NCBI GenBank assembly: GCA_963845755.1
Contig: CAWJTV010000026.1
Coordinates: forward strand, 96,001 to 160,000
DNA: 64,000 nucleotides
Source: an uncultured Planctomycetota bacterium
GTDB lineage: Bacteria > Planctomycetota > Planctomycetia > Isosphaerales > Isosphaeraceae
Reading direction: 5' to 3'
The notes beneath the pieces were generated by a model. It had not been told where the DNA came from. It saw only the letters and a list, made by a program, of their open reading frames with translations, and searched no databases. The translations under genes and the position numbers were made by a program. Positions 18,217 to 29,997 of this stretch are shown here, piece by piece. Position 1 is the stretch's first letter, and every line of letters begins with the position of its first letter.

Positions 18217-21200
18217 TCACCAGCCGAGACCGAGTTTCGTGAGCTGCTTGTTGATCTCGACAAGGTCGAGGACCGAGACCGTGCCGTCCTTGCGCCCGAC
18301 GATCGCATGGCGGCCATCCGGGCTGAAGCTGAGCTGTCTGGCCTGGATATCCTGGACCATTCGCATGGCCGGCAGTCCCGTCGCAAGGTCGTAGAGAGCC
18401 AGCGCGGGCGGTTGATCCGGGGTAACCCCCATCGACCATCTTGCATCCGGGCTCAGACAGGCCATCGGTGCTTTGGTGACTCCGCGATATTCCAAGCTTG
18501 GGAGGCTGAACAGTGTGATCGCATCGTTCTCTACGTCCAGGGGCACCGCGAGTACCTTGACGCTCGGGTCGAAGAAGAAATGGGATCCCGTATCGAGTCT
18601 TCCGCCGCGCAATGGCCAGCCTCGCACCTGTTTACCGCTTCCACATTCGTAGACCTTAAACATTCGCTGCATCTTTCCCTGATGAGTCTCCAGGCCATCG
18701 ACCGCGAATACGGAACCGTTCGACGCGATCCGGATTCCATGGACGTGCCAGTTAAAGTCGTCGATCTCGGCCAACGGCCGGGTCGGCGTCGCGCTCAGGA
18801 GATCGTAGAGCCGGACCGTTCTGGGATACTTGTTAGCCGGAAACCGGTTCGACGGTTCGCCTTGACGACTCTTGGTCTCCTGACGAACCAGAAACAAGTG
18901 ATCGTCGCCAGAGAACGCCATGGAGTCACAGAGCCCTTCGGGTAGATTCCATCGGCCAATCATCCGGTGCCGTTCGATGTCCCAAAGCCTGACCTCGTGC
19001 CCAATTGAGCAGGCGAAGCGGCGGCCGCCGGGATCGAAGGCCATGCCGATGCTGTCCGCAAAAAGACCGACCGAGCCAGGCAACACGCCCAGCAGACGTC
19101 CGGAATCCCGTTCCCAAAGGCCGACATCCCACTCGTGACTCGCCGCCGCGACGAGGCGGCCGTCAGGAGAGAAAGCCGACCTGTCCACCACACCGCGAAG
19201 TCCATACAGCGTTCGGATACCGTGCCCGAGCTCCAGCTCGACGATTGTCCCGCCGGGCTCAGCCGCCTTGGGCGATATCTCAGAGCTGAATGCACAATGC
19301 CGGCCGTCCGGAGCAAACGAAACGGACTGGAAAAAGTCGCCGATGATCAGGTCCAGAAGGCCATTTCCCGTCGCAACGTCCCACAGCCTCGTCGGAGTGC
19401 GGCCTGCCGTGAGAAGTAATGCGCCATCGTCGCTGAAGTCCATCGCCCATACAGCGAATTCCGATCCGTGGCAGACGCTACGGGGCCGATTCTGGCGGAG
19501 GTCCCAGACAGTAACCAGCCCGCTCGACTCCGCCACGGCGAGAAGCCACGGAGCGACCGAGTCATCCTCGTGCCAGACTGGGTCACGGCCAAAGGCCAGG
19601 CAGGATACGGGGCAACGACCCACGCGGAAGGGAGAGAGTCGCTTGCCATCCGGCATGGTCCAGACCGTGATCTCGCCCGTGTCGTCCCAGGCCGCCAGGA
19701 GTCGGCCGTCGGGAGAGAGGACGAGATCCTGGGTTGCCTTGTGTTCGAGGATCTTGATCGGCTGTTCGGATGCGGCGTCCCAGACGACGATGCTCGTCTT
19801 ACCGTCCCCCTCGGGAACAACCACCTCTTTCTCCCGGTGGGCCGGACAGGCCATGGCGGCGAGCCGCGAGCCGTTGCGGGAAAGGGTCAGGGCTGGGAGG
19901 GCCGAGGTCCCAGCCAGGGGAGAACGGAACGCGCGGATCTCGTTTCCCGACTTGACGTCATACAAATGAAGTCGAGCGGGATCGTTACGGTCCCCTGACA
20001 ACTGGAGTGGTGTCCCATCGGGCCGGAAGGCGGGAACTCCGCCTCCCAGATCGCGCTCGACGAGAGTCCGATGGGTCGTGCGCTCCCACAGCATCGTCCG
20101 CGACCAACGCGAACCTTGTTCGGTAGCTTCGGTTCGGACGATGAGGAGATGTTGGGAACTGGGATCAAATTCCAGCACCCCGCTTCCTCCGGGGAGGGAC
20201 TTCTCCATGTGGGAATCGATCCCTTCCAGCGCAGCGGCGGCGTGGCTCTGAAGCTGAAGATCGGCCACGGTGCTGGCACCTCGCAGGGAGCGGATGTGCT
20301 GCCAGGACTCCTGGAACCACTCTTGCTTGCGGATCGGCCCGCGAAGCCGGGGCAGCGCGAGGATCTTTTGCTCGCGCTGCGCTGCTTCGAGCTGGGCCTT
20401 CGTCAACTGGGCCTGCTGCTCGGTCACCTGAAATTTGACTTTGTTCGTCTCGGCCTCGGCACGGGCATTGTGCAGATTGAGTTGATTGACGTGAGCGGTG
20501 TACGCGGTGCCCAGACCGCCAATCAGAAGGAAGGCCAGTACCAGGCCGGCCGCGGCGGGCCGCCGTCGAGACCAGAAACCGAGCCGTCGCAGCCCGACCC
20601 GGATCCAGCCCAGGAAGCGGTTGGTCTTGCGGCGAATGGCAGCCTCGCCAGCCGCGGTCGGGCGGATTTCCAACCAGCGATGGAGATCGTCGGCCAGAGC
20701 ATGGGCCGTCGGATAGCGATCCTCCGGATCCTTTTCCAGGGCCTTCAGACAGACCGCCGTGAGCTCCCGCGGAAATGAGGCCACGATCCGGCGCGGTGGA
20801 TGGGGCGGCTCGGTCAGGATTTGCTCGACCCTGGCGAATGGGCGGCGGAGGGTCAGCAGCTCGTACAGTGTCGCGCCCAGCCCCCAGACATCGGTGCGAT
20901 GGTCGATCGCCGGGGGCGGGTCGACATCGGGTGGGCGCCGCGACGGGGGCACCTGCTCCGGGGCCCAGTACAGCGGTGTACCCACTCCCACGGTCGGCCC
21001 GCCCGGGTCCGTCGTCCCGTTCGATTCCGCGATCGCGGGCGAATTCGCGACCTCGCCCAGGAAATGGGCCAGGCCGAAGTCGAGCACCCAGGGGTGCCCC
21101 TGGCGCTCGACCAGGATGTTCGCCGGCTTCAGGTCGCGGTGGATGACTCCGGCCTGGTGGGCGTGATCCACGGCCTCGGCGACGTCGGCCATCAGTGCGG

Positions 21201-21903
21201 CGACCCGACGGTGGTAGTCGCGCGGGACGTGAAGGGGCGCGGGACGACCGTTCTCCGACTCGACCACGTCCGGATGTCGGGGTCCCTCGACCACGGTCAT
21301 CGCCCGGCTGGCGTGCTCCTTCACCTCCTCGGCCGAGGCCTCGTCGACGAGCTGCTCGAACGTCGAGGCCGACGGCGGTGACGCGGACGCCGATGGCCAT
21401 GTCGAGGCCGTCTTGATGAGGGCACGGAGCGAGGGGCCATGGATCCTGGGCATCGAGAAATAGAGGAGCTGGGCCTCCTGGCCGGTGGCGTAGATGGGCA
21501 CGATGTTCGTGTGATGCAGCCGCGCCAGCGTCCGGCGCTCGCGGTCGAAGCGGTCCAGGAGATGCGGGTCGGCGGTCCGGCCAAACTTGATCGTCTTGAC
21601 CGCGACGACGCGATGAAGCTCGTCCTCCTCGGCTTCGTAGAGCTTCCCCATGCCGCCGACGGCCAGGACCCGGCGGATCCGATACGGCCCTAACCGCTCC
21701 GGGTCGCGCAGGCCGCGCAGGTTCTTGAACCCGGTGGCCAGGGCGCCGAACTCATCGGCCCGCGCGGGATCGCTGGCGATGGCCCGCGCCAGCAGATTCG
21801 CGATGGTGTCTTCGTCGCGCGCGTTGTCAAGCTCTTCGAGGAACCGGCCAATCACGGCATCGTGGCTTCTCGTCGTCTGCGACGAGGTCTGCGAGTCTTT
21901 CAT
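18217..21903 (-). CDS. Ser/Thr protein kinase with TM helix and C-terminal WD40 beta-propeller (1228 aa)
   Basis: GGMGKLY, VAVK, HRDLKPANIL, DFGLA, APE and DVWGLG motifs; TM near aa 450-470; repeated AFSPDG…VRLWD units. Confidence 0.95.
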   Translation of the reverse strand: MKDSQTSSQTTRSHDAVIGRFLEELDNARDEDTIANLLARAIASDPARADEFGALATGFKNLRGLRDPERLGPYRIRRVLAVGGMGKLYEAEEDELHRVVAVKTIKFGRTADPHLLDRFDRERRTLARLHHTNIVPIYATGQEAQLLYFSMPRIHGPSLRALIKTASTWPSASASPPSASTFEQLVDEASAEEVKEHASRAMTVVEGPRHPDVVESENGRPAPLHVPRDYHRRVAALMADVAEAVDHAHQAGVIHRDLKPANILVERQGHPWVLDFGLAHFLGEVANSPAIAESNGTTDPGGPTVGVGTPLYWAPEQVPPSRRPPDVDPPPAIDHRTDVWGLGATLYELLTLRRPFARVEQILTEPPHPPRRIVASFPRELTAVCLKALEKDPEDRYPTAHALADDLHRWLEIRPTAAGEAAIRRKTNRFLGWIRVGLRRLGFWSRRRPAAAGLVLAFLLIGGLGTAYTAHVNQLNLHNARAEAETNKVKFQVTEQQAQLTKAQLEAAQREQKILALPRLRGPIRKQEWFQESWQHIRSLRGASTVADLQLQSHAAAALEGIDSHMEKSLPGGSGVLEFDPSSQHLLIVRTEATEQGSRWSRTMLWERTTHRTLVERDLGGGVPAFRPDGTPLQLSGDRNDPARLHLYDVKSGNEIRAFRSPLAGTSALPALTLSRNGSRLAAMACPAHREKEVVVPEGDGKTSIVVWDAASEQPIKILEHKATQDLVLSPDGRLLAAWDDTGEITVWTMPDGKRLSPFRVGRCPVSCLAFGRDPVWHEDDSVAPWLLAVAESSGLVTVWDLRQNRPRSVCHGSEFAVWAMDFSDDGALLLTAGRTPTRLWDVATGNGLLDLIIGDFFQSVSFAPDGRHCAFSSEISPKAAEPGGTIVELELGHGIRTLYGLRGVVDRSAFSPDGRLVAAASHEWDVGLWERDSGRLLGVLPGSVGLFADSIGMAFDPGGRRFACSIGHEVRLWDIERHRMIGRWNLPEGLCDSMAFSGDDHLFLVRQETKSRQGEPSNRFPANKYPRTVRLYDLLSATPTRPLAEIDDFNWHVHGIRIASNGSVFAVDGLETHQGKMQRMFKVYECGSGKQVRGWPLRGGRLDTGSHFFFDPSVKVLAVPLDVENDAITLFSLPSLEYRGVTKAPMACLSPDARWSMGVTPDQPPALALYDLATGLPAMRMVQDIQARQLSFSPDGRHAIVGRKDGTVSVLDLVEINKQLTKLGLGW

Positions 21904-22508
21904 GGCAGCCCGCCCTCCGTCTCGTCCCCATCGGGCTTAATCAATTTGACCAGGAGCTTGTGCAACGCACGGTGGTAGCGCTGGGTGACCGTGTTCTCCG
22001 TCTCGCCGAGGACGTTTCCGATCTCGGGAAAGGTCAGATCATCGAAGACTCGCATGGTGATGATCTCAAGGTCGCGGGGCTTCAGTTCGGCCATGGCGCG
22101 GCGCAAGAGTGCGGCTTCCTCCCGGCGGATTGCGGCTCCGCTGGGTGTGGTCTGCGACCGGACGAGTCCGATGACGACCTCGGCCACGGAGTCGTCGGGC
22201 AAGGAGATTTCCCGCTCGAGGCTACGGGTGGGCCCGAGTGCCTTGCGGATCTCATCCTGGACCTGGTTGTGTACGATCCCGTAGAGCCAACAGAAGTGAC
22301 TCTCCGGCGCCGGGGGCCGTGCGACCCACTGTGATCGAGCCCGTACAAACGAGGCCTGGAGCACATCCTCGACATCGATACGTGCGGCCAGTTGGTGACC
22401 GATCAGCCGACGCACCATGCCGGAGAGCTTGAGCTCATGCTCCGAGAAGAGCCGCGCCAGCGCGGTCTCGTCGTTACCAGGAGACGCCGATTGACCGTTG
22501 CCATCCAC
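21900..22508 (-). CDS. ECF sigma-70 factor, planctomycete kinase-associated type
   Basis: EDVLQASF, FCWL..I, TTPSGAAIRREE and region-4 LTFPEIGNVLG…RYHRAL. Stop overlaps the kinase start (ATGA). GTG start at 22508 inferred from an RBS. Confidence 0.9.
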   Translation of the reverse strand: MDGNGQSASPGNDETALARLFSEHELKLSGMVRRLIGHQLAARIDVEDVLQASFVRARSQWVARPPAPESHFCWLYGIVHNQVQDEIRKALGPTRSLEREISLPDDSVAEVVIGLVRSQTTPSGAAIRREEAALLRRAMAELKPRDLEIITMRVFDDLTFPEIGNVLGETENTVTQRYHRALHKLLVKLIKPDGDETEGGLP

Positions 22509-23478
22509 AGCCGATCTCTCCGAGGCCCGATGATAATTTGGTATCGCCTTCCATCTTATCCGGACCTCGGGCGCGAAACCTGACAAAGCCACAAAGGCTC
22601 AAGCGGGGAATCTGGTGATAAGCCGTGCGAGGGCCTTCGGTCGGAGGTGGGCCGCGATCCTCCCTGGTGTCCAGAAAGTCTTTGCGATCCCCTCGACCAC
22701 TACACCCATGATACGATGCACAAAGACCGGATTCCCGTTCGTGGGGCTGAACAGCTCCTCAACAGAACTGGCGATCAGACTCGACGCGAAGCACGGCCGT
22801 GTCGTTTCGGCCACAAACGATTTCAGGGCAAGGTGTTCCGATCAAGTAGCCGAGGGCTGTACGCCGCCAAGTGTTATCCAGGTTTAACCAGGCCGCAATC
22901 CCCAGGCCTTTCTTTTTTCTTGATTTTTCTATCTCCCGCCGCGGTTGAGAGTTCGGGAGCCGAGAAGCCCGATTTAGCGACTAGGTGCATTAACGGTTTT
23001 AAAAAGCTACGGCATACTAATAATAAGGACTACGCAAGACTCCATCAAGCGCGAGCCAGGCCCATCAGAAACCCAGGACGCCAGCAAACTTGACCATTTC
23101 GCCTTCCACAACCACAGGTTGCCGGTCCGGAGACGGGACCGCTCCCTTTCGGCATGCGTTCGTCCTGAAGTCGTTTCAACTTAGAAAGATGGGAGATGGC
23201 GGCCCGCCGAAATGTAGTACAAAGTGTGCCCGTTCGTGCCACCCTCCGATGATACGGAATACATCGATTCTGCGGATCGTCCGCAATAATCACGTCCTGA
23301 CGGCTGCCTCGTCGTCGTATGGCACCCTCTCATCCCCCCCCGCACAGGTGCCTTGCCCCACCCCGATCGCTCCGTTACATTATTGTTTAACACCCATCGA
23401 GAATGGGAAGACCGTCCAGGAAGGCAAGGGACCGAAGCGGGTCTGGCCTCGACGCGACGCGAGAGGAAGGGTTCGATC

Positions 23479-24836
23479 ATGCTGACCTTGTGGGGACCGG
23501 GTGGAGGCACGCGGTATTGCGACGGCCAGTCGCGACGGTCGTTCCTCAAGATCGGCGGGCTGGCGATGGGGGGGCTGGGTCTTCCCGGGCTGCTCCAGGC
23601 CGAGGCGCGGGGAGCCGGCGGCAGTCCGTCGCGGGCTGCGGGGTCGCCGCACAAGTCGGTGATCATGATCTACCTCTCGGGAGGCGCCGCGCACCAGGAT
23701 ACCTTCGACCTCAAGCCCGACGCCCCCGACGGCATCCGCGGCGAGTTCAAGCCGATCGCGACCCGCGTGCCGGGCGTGCAGATCAGCGAGATGCTGCCCC
23801 GGATCGCCGGCGTCATGGACAAGGTCGCCGTGATCCGGTCGATCGTCGGCCTGCGCGACGAGCACTCGAGCTTCCAGAACGTCACCGGCTACACGATGGG
23901 CCAGAGTCAGCGCGAGGGGAGGCCCAGTTTCGGCTCGGTGATCGCCCGGACGCAAGGGGCGGCCGATCCCGTCGTGCCGCCGTTCATCGACCTGTTCCCG
24001 GTCATGCAGCATAAGCCGTACAACAGCCCGGGGCCCGGGTTCCTCGGCCCTCTCTACAGGGCCGCGCGGATGGAAGGAGACGACCTGGCGCTCTTGAAGC
24101 CTCCGGTGGACGTCGCGCCCCCTCGGTTCGACCGCCGCCGCGCATTGCTCGGCCAGTTCGACCAGTTCCGCCGCCGGATCGACAACGCCGAGACCGGCGG
24201 CATGGACGACGTCTATCGTCGGGCGTTCGAGGTCCTGACCTCGGACAAGGTCGCCCGGGCGCTGGACGTCAGCCGCGAGGATCCCCGGTTGCGCGACCGC
24301 TACGGCATCGGCTCGAAGCAGCCGCTGGGCGACGCCGCGCCGATGTGGAACGACCAGTTCCTGATCGCCCGCCGATTAGTCGAGGCCGGGCGCGGTGCGT
24401 CACGGTCGCCTACGGCTTCTGGGACACCCACGGCGGCAACTTCCCCTGGCTCCGCCAGTATCTACCGCTGTTCGACCGGGGCGTCTCGGCGCTGGTCGAG
24501 GACATCCACCTCCGCGGGCTCGACCGCGACGTCACCGTGGTCGTCTGGGGCGAATTCGGCCGCACGCCCAAGATCAACAAGGACGGCGGCCGCGACCACT
24601 GGTCCCGGGTCAACTCGGCCCTCCTGTTCGGCGGCGGCATGAAGGTTGGCCAGGTCATCGGCTCGACCGACAAGCTCGGCGGCTCGGCCGCCAGCCGGCC
24701 GGTCCCCTATCAGGACGTCCTGGCCACCATTTACCACAACCTCGGCATCGATCCCCACGCCTTCATCCAGGACAAGGCTAACCGGCCGGTCCCCATCCTC
24801 CCCGGGACCGCCGAACCGATCCACGAGGTCGTCTAG
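23479..24836 (+). CDS. DUF1501 domain protein (frameshift near 24390)
   Basis: SRRSFLKIG, KSVIMIYLSGG..HQDTFDLKP, ARRLVEAG, WDTH, WGEFGRTP and GRDHW motifs. Confidence 0.93.
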
Positions 24837-24863
24837 TCCAGGAGTCGGTGGCGGGATCGAGGA

Positions 24864-26045
24864 TCACGCCGCCTGGAGCCACCGTCGGATGCGGCCCAGC
24901 TCGTCGTTCCAGCCGTTGCCGATCCGGCGGAGCAGATACGCTTCGAACAAGAGGTCCAGGGACTCGCTCAGATGGCGAAGGCTGTCGATCCGCGCGATCC
25001 GCTGTTCGTGCCGCGAAAGGCCCGCATCCTCGGGCTTCGGGAGTGCGGCCCCGGTGACGGCCAGGGTCTCGGCCTGGAGCGTCAGCTCGTACTGGGCGCC
25101 GTGGCGCACCAGGATCATGCCGGCCTTGCGCGGCAGCTTGCCGGCCTGGAGGGCACGGAAGGCCTCGGGGAGTCGGGTCGGAGCGTCGTCGGTCAACTGG
25201 TCGCGGCCGGTCTCGCCGCGCGGGCAGTCGAGCGTCAAGGTCTTGGCCAGCATGACCGTGATCTCCGAGCCGTCGGAGAGCTTGACCGTCTCGCCGTCGT
25301 TCTGGAGGACGTGCCAGATCCAGACGAGGAACTCGTTGCCCAGGTAGTCGAGGCTGGTGGGGTCGTCCCCGGCCCAGGCGACGGAGGACACGACCCCGAC
25401 CGGCTGACCGGCCACGGCGATCGGGCCGGAATCGAAGATCGCGAGCCCGCGATCCGGGTCGGTCGGATCGCCGGGAGCCAGCCCTCTCGCCAGATTGCCG
25501 GCGGTGATCGGCTCCAGCGGTCGGTCGAAGGTCTCGCGGAACAGCGCCTGGAGCCGTTCCAGGACGCTCGCACTGGTGGCGCCCACATAGAGGGTCTGGT
25601 TCTGGCCGTCCCAGAGGACCGGGTAATGATTATGACGCCGGTATCGGCCATCGGCCGCCTCGGCCAGGGCCCGTTCCTTGGCGGCCTCCTTGGCTTCCTC
25701 GCGCTGGGCCTTGGTGGCGACGCCGCTGGGGTTGAGCTGGGCCCGGGCCTCGATCTCGATCTGGGTGTAAGCCTTGAGGATCGCGCCGGGGACCTTGTCG
25801 CTGTCGATCCGGATGGCCAGGTGAGCGGCGTCGTGGATGAGGTTCTTTTCCCGATCGATGGTCAGGTCGAGCACGTGATCGCCGCCGGCCCAACCGGTGA
25901 CGATCCCATCCGCCGGATCGCCCGAGCCATGCCGCCCGAGCAACTGCTGGCGTGCCTGCTCCAGGACCTCGTCGCCGAACGGAAGCGGCGACGGCCCGCC
26001 GACCCGATACCGCGTGAACGTGACGCGACCGCTCAAGAACGCCAT
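24864..26045 (-). CDS. RdgC-like hypothetical protein (393 aa)
   Basis: MAFLSGRVTFTRYRV, GW..G, RIDSDKVP, LGNEFLVWIW and EA.RALQAGKLP recall RdgC-like recombination-associated proteins (recognition from memory). Confidence 0.6.
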   Translation of the reverse strand: MAFLSGRVTFTRYRVGGPSPLPFGDEVLEQARQQLLGRHGSGDPADGIVTGWAGGDHVLDLTIDREKNLIHDAAHLAIRIDSDKVPGAILKAYTQIEIEARAQLNPSGVATKAQREEAKEAAKERALAEAADGRYRRHNHYPVLWDGQNQTLYVGATSASVLERLQALFRETFDRPLEPITAGNLARGLAPGDPTDPDRGLAIFDSGPIAVAGQPVGVVSSVAWAGDDPTSLDYLGNEFLVWIWHVLQNDGETVKLSDGSEITVMLAKTLTLDCPRGETGRDQLTDDAPTRLPEAFRALQAGKLPRKAGMILVRHGAQYELTLQAETLAVTGAALPKPEDAGLSRHEQRIARIDSLRHLSESLDLLFEAYLLRRIGNGWNDELGRIRRWLQAA

Positions 26046-26206
26046 GATTCGCTCTCCTCCCGAAGTCTCTCGCCTGCGCAACCGCCAGCACGCCGGTGAC
26101 GGGCCACGGTCCGGACCCCTATTCCATCGGGCTGACCCGACCCGGTTCTCCAGCCCTGATGCCGGCCGCGACGCCCCGACCCTGAGCGATGCCGACATCC
26201 TGCCAA

Positions 26207-26702
26207 TCACGAGAAGTTGACGAATTGGAGCGGGTATTCCGGCCCATTCTCCTTGAGGTGGGCGATCACGGCCTGCAAATCATCGATCTTCTTGGCGGTA
26301 ACCCGGAGCTTGTTCTCCATGATCTGGGCCTGGACCTTGATCTTGAGCTGCTTGATCTCCTTGATCAGCTTGCGCGTCGTCGCTCTCGATGCCGGTGTGC
26401 AGGGTCACGACCTCGCGCACCGTGTCGTGGGTGGCATCCTCGATCTTCCCGCGCACGACCGCCCCGACCGGGACGCCCCGGCGGGCCATCTTTTCCTTGA
26501 GGATCTGGAGGACCGTCTCGAGCTGTCCCTTGTGATCGGCGAGGATCGTCAGGGCGTTGTCCTTCTTGTTGAACTCGATCGAGGCATGCGTCCCCTTGAA
26601 ATCGAAGCGGACGGCCAGCTCGTGCTGGGCCTGGACGACGGCGTTGTGCATCTCCGCGTGGTTGATCTCGCTGACGACGTCGAATGCGTGATTATCGGCC
26701 AT
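26207..26702 (-). CDS. yajQ: YajQ-family nucleotide/c-di-GMP-binding protein (frameshift near 26373)
   Basis: [15 protein letters not shown]...RFDFKG, GI..DDA.KLIKEIK..K.KVQAQI…RVT.KK.DDLQ…LQFVNF. Confidence 0.9.
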
Positions 26703-26894
26703 GGTGCAAAGCTCCTCGTTATTGTGAAGGAATCTTACCATCTTCCCGGATCGATGCCGGTCGCGGCAAGCTCCCCGCGGCCTGCCCCGCGACGCGATTC
26801 CCAAGAATCTTGAGGGTCCTTCCCGTGCTCGACGTCACTCCGATACGATCGTGACGGGAACCTGTCCTTGTCCTTTCAGCGCAAAGGAGTCACC

Positions 26895-28081
26895 ATGTCG
26901 GAATTCTCTCGACGAATGTTCATCGGTTCGGCCGCCGTCACCGCGAGCCTGATCGGGCGAGATGCGGGCGCCGACGCCGCCGATCAGACGGATTTCGCCT
27001 TCAAGAACAACGTCCCCGATGAATTACTCGCCGGCCACGAGCTGCCGACCTTCAAGTTCGAGATGGAGAAATCGGTGGCGGGCAAGGTCGTGGGGGGAAC
27101 AACGCGCGCGAGGCGACGGTCAAGCAGTTGCCGATCTCCAAGGGGCTCGCCGGGGTCTCGATGCGGCTGGAGCCCGGCGGCCTCCGCGAACTGCACTGGC
27201 ACGCCACCGCCGCCGAGTGGGCATTCGTCGTCGAGGGACGCGTCCGGACGACGGTCATCGATCCGGCGGGGAACTCCGAGACGAACGACTTCGGGCCCGG
27301 CGACATCTGGTACTTCCCGCGCGGTTACGGCCATGCGATCCAAGGGATGGGACCGGGGACCGCCCACTTCATCCTGATCTTCGACAACGGGTATTTCTCC
27401 GAGTTCGGCACGTTCAGCGTGACCGACTGGATCGGCCACTCGCCCCCGGAGCTGGTGGCGAAGAACCTCGGCCTGCCGCCAGACGTGGTCCAGAAGCTGC
27501 CCAAATACGAGGTCTACTTCGGCCGGGGGCCCGTGCCGCCCGAGGCGCAGGCGCTCCCGCTGGGCGGCAACCTCAAGTCGCCGCCGCTGACCCATAAGTT
27601 CGAGATGCTCAAGCAGGAACCGCACTCGATCCAGAAGGGCGGCCGGGAGTGGCGGGTCGGGGCCGACAAGTTTCCGGTCTCGGCGACCGTCACCGGCGTG
27701 GTCCTCGAACTCGAGCCGGGCGGGCTCCGCGAGCTGCACTGGCACCCCACCTCCGACGAGTGGCAGTACGTGCTTTCGGGAAAAGTCCACGTCACGATGT
27801 TCGGCTCTCACTCCCGATATCGGATCGAGACGCTCGAAAAAGGGGACGCCGGCTACATCCCGCAAGGCTACGGCCACTCGGTCGAGAACGCCAGCGACAC
27901 CGAGAAGGCCCGCGTCCTGATCGGCTTCAATACGGGGCACTACGAAGCGATCGACCTGTCCAGTTGGCTCGCCGGCAACCCGAAGCATATCCTGGCGAAC
28001 AATTTTCAGACCTCGGAGTCCGTCGTTGACCAATTCCCCCACGATCGGGTCTTCATCGCGCCGAAGGGTGGCCCTTCCTGA
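26895..28081 (+). CDS. Tat-exported bicupin, oxalate decarboxylase (OxdC) family (frameshift near 27100)
   Basis: SRRMFIG Tat motif; two RELHWH….EW Mn-binding motifs; lid segment GYFSEFGTF. Confidence 0.88.
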
Positions 28082-28432
28082 GAGGCCGAGTGCCATGGAA
28101 TCTTCGGGAGTCCTCTCCGTAAGATCCCTGCGCCGTATACGCATCCGGAGAATCCTCGATCCAAGATTCCACATTGCCGATTCTCACCGGAGATGAATTC
28201 GGTGTGTTGGAATCTTGAATATTAAATTCTTCGTTGGTGCGGTCTCTCAGGTGGATATTTCCCCGGCCGACGATTCTGCATCCAATTCGAACTCGACACC
28301 AGGGGTCAATTAAATCTCAGATTTTATATCAAATCGGGGGATTGCCCTCTTGCGAACCGCTCGCGAGATGGTAGTTATTAAGCTTTGGATCAAGGTGGTC
28401 TCATCCTTCTCTCTCTCCGGAGGTCACAGATC

Positions 28433-29569
28433 ATGCGCGCGACGTGGCGTCGAATCGGTCGGGGTTTCACCCTGATCGAGCTGCTGGTGGTCATCGCGAT
28501 CATCGCGGTCCTGATTGCGTTGCTCTTGCCAGCGGTCCAGGCGGCCCGCGAGGCGGCCCGCCGGGCTCAGTGCACCAACAACCTGAAGCAACTCGGGCTA
28601 GCGGTGCATAACTATCATTCAACGTATAATACCATCCCCGCTGAAGACATGTGGATGGGTGCGACCAGGGGCAGCGGCGCGGGCGGGGGGAGCTGGGGGT
28701 GGAATGCCAGTTGGCCGGTCTGCCTCCTGCCCAACATCGAACAGTCGCCGCTCTATAACGCCTACAACCAGGATTGGACGCCGGATTTCCCCCAGAACTC
28801 GACCGTGGTTTACACGGCCCTGACGGTCCTGCTCTGCCCTTCGGACAACCAGAAAGCACGCCCCAACAACCCCTGGGCGCCGATGAGCTATCACGGCAAC
28901 CAAGGCGGCCCGGGAATCATCCGGCAATGGAGCGGCACCTTCGAAACCCCGTTCACCTGCTCGACCACCAATCAGATCCCGATCAACGGCTGGCCCGTCG
29001 GCACCTGCTGGTGGGGCTCGGACAGCAATCTCGCGTACTTCGGCCTGGAAGGCGTCACGGACGGCAGCTCGAACACCGCACTGTTCAGCGAGCTGCTGCT
29101 CGGCGCCTCGACGTCCGACCCGCAACCGCTCATCTCCTCCAATACGGCCAAGCGGGGTGTTTACTTGCCAGGCGCGTTGAATCCCAATTACCAGACCGGC
29201 AACCAGGCGTTGGCGATCACGAACATCCAGATCTGCAATAGCCAGCCGGGGACGACGGCGGGCAACACCAGTTGGTTGCTGGGGTTCTCCTGGGCGATGG
29301 GATACCCCTGGCACGGCGCCGTCAACCGGTATGACCATTACAACACGCCCAACAAGTACACCTGCATCGTCGCAGCCGAGACGACCGGCAGCGGCGAATG
29401 GGGAGGAGCCGCCGGACTGGTGACGGCCACCAGTAACCATCCTGGCGGGGTCAATGTCTGCTTCACCGACGGCTCGGTCCGTTTCGTGAAGGACTCGGTC
29501 CAGCCGCAGACCTGGTGGGCCATCGGCACGAGGAACGGCGGCGAGACCGTCAGTTCCGACTCGTACTGA
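28433..29569 (+). CDS. DUF1559 prepilin-type protein
   Basis: [71 protein letters not shown]. Confidence 0.96.
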   Translation: MRATWRRIGRGFTLIELLVVIAIIAVLIALLLPAVQAAREAARRAQCTNNLKQLGLAVHNYHSTYNTIPAEDMWMGATRGSGAGGGSWGWNASWPVCLLPNIEQSPLYNAYNQDWTPDFPQNSTVVYTALTVLLCPSDNQKARPNNPWAPMSYHGNQGGPGIIRQWSGTFETPFTCSTTNQIPINGWPVGTCWWGSDSNLAYFGLEGVTDGSSNTALFSELLLGASTSDPQPLISSNTAKRGVYLPGALNPNYQTGNQALAITNIQICNSQPGTTAGNTSWLLGFSWAMGYPWHGAVNRYDHYNTPNKYTCIVAAETTGSGEWGGAAGLVTATSNHPGGVNVCFTDGSVRFVKDSVQPQTWWAIGTRNGGETVSSDSY

Positions 29570-29997
29570 GGCCAGTGGCCCTCATCGAGACCGCAGACTT
29601 AGCCGACGGATGACTTCCAGATTCCGAATCCTTCCGATCTCCCCGGTTTCGGTTCATTCGGGATCTGGACGTCCGGCCTTGCGGATCATCTGGGTTTGGC
29701 TCGGAACCGAGGATGTTGCTGATCCACCCCCCGAACCGCTCGGGTACGGATTTCCGATCTTCCGCCGATGTCGGCCGAGAGGCTTTGCCTCATCGACCGA
29801 GATCTGGAATCACCTTCCATCAAAAAGACCATGGGGTCGGTGCAGCCCATCATCCATCTTGGGGTTGCGGTGGGTTGCACGCATTCGACCAAGACCGTCT
29901 GGTTCGCGGCGTCTGCGGGTGATGCTGGTGTCACGATCCGTCGAGACGATTCCGGCCGGATTCTGTCGTATCTTCATTGAGACTGGAGACCTTCCTG

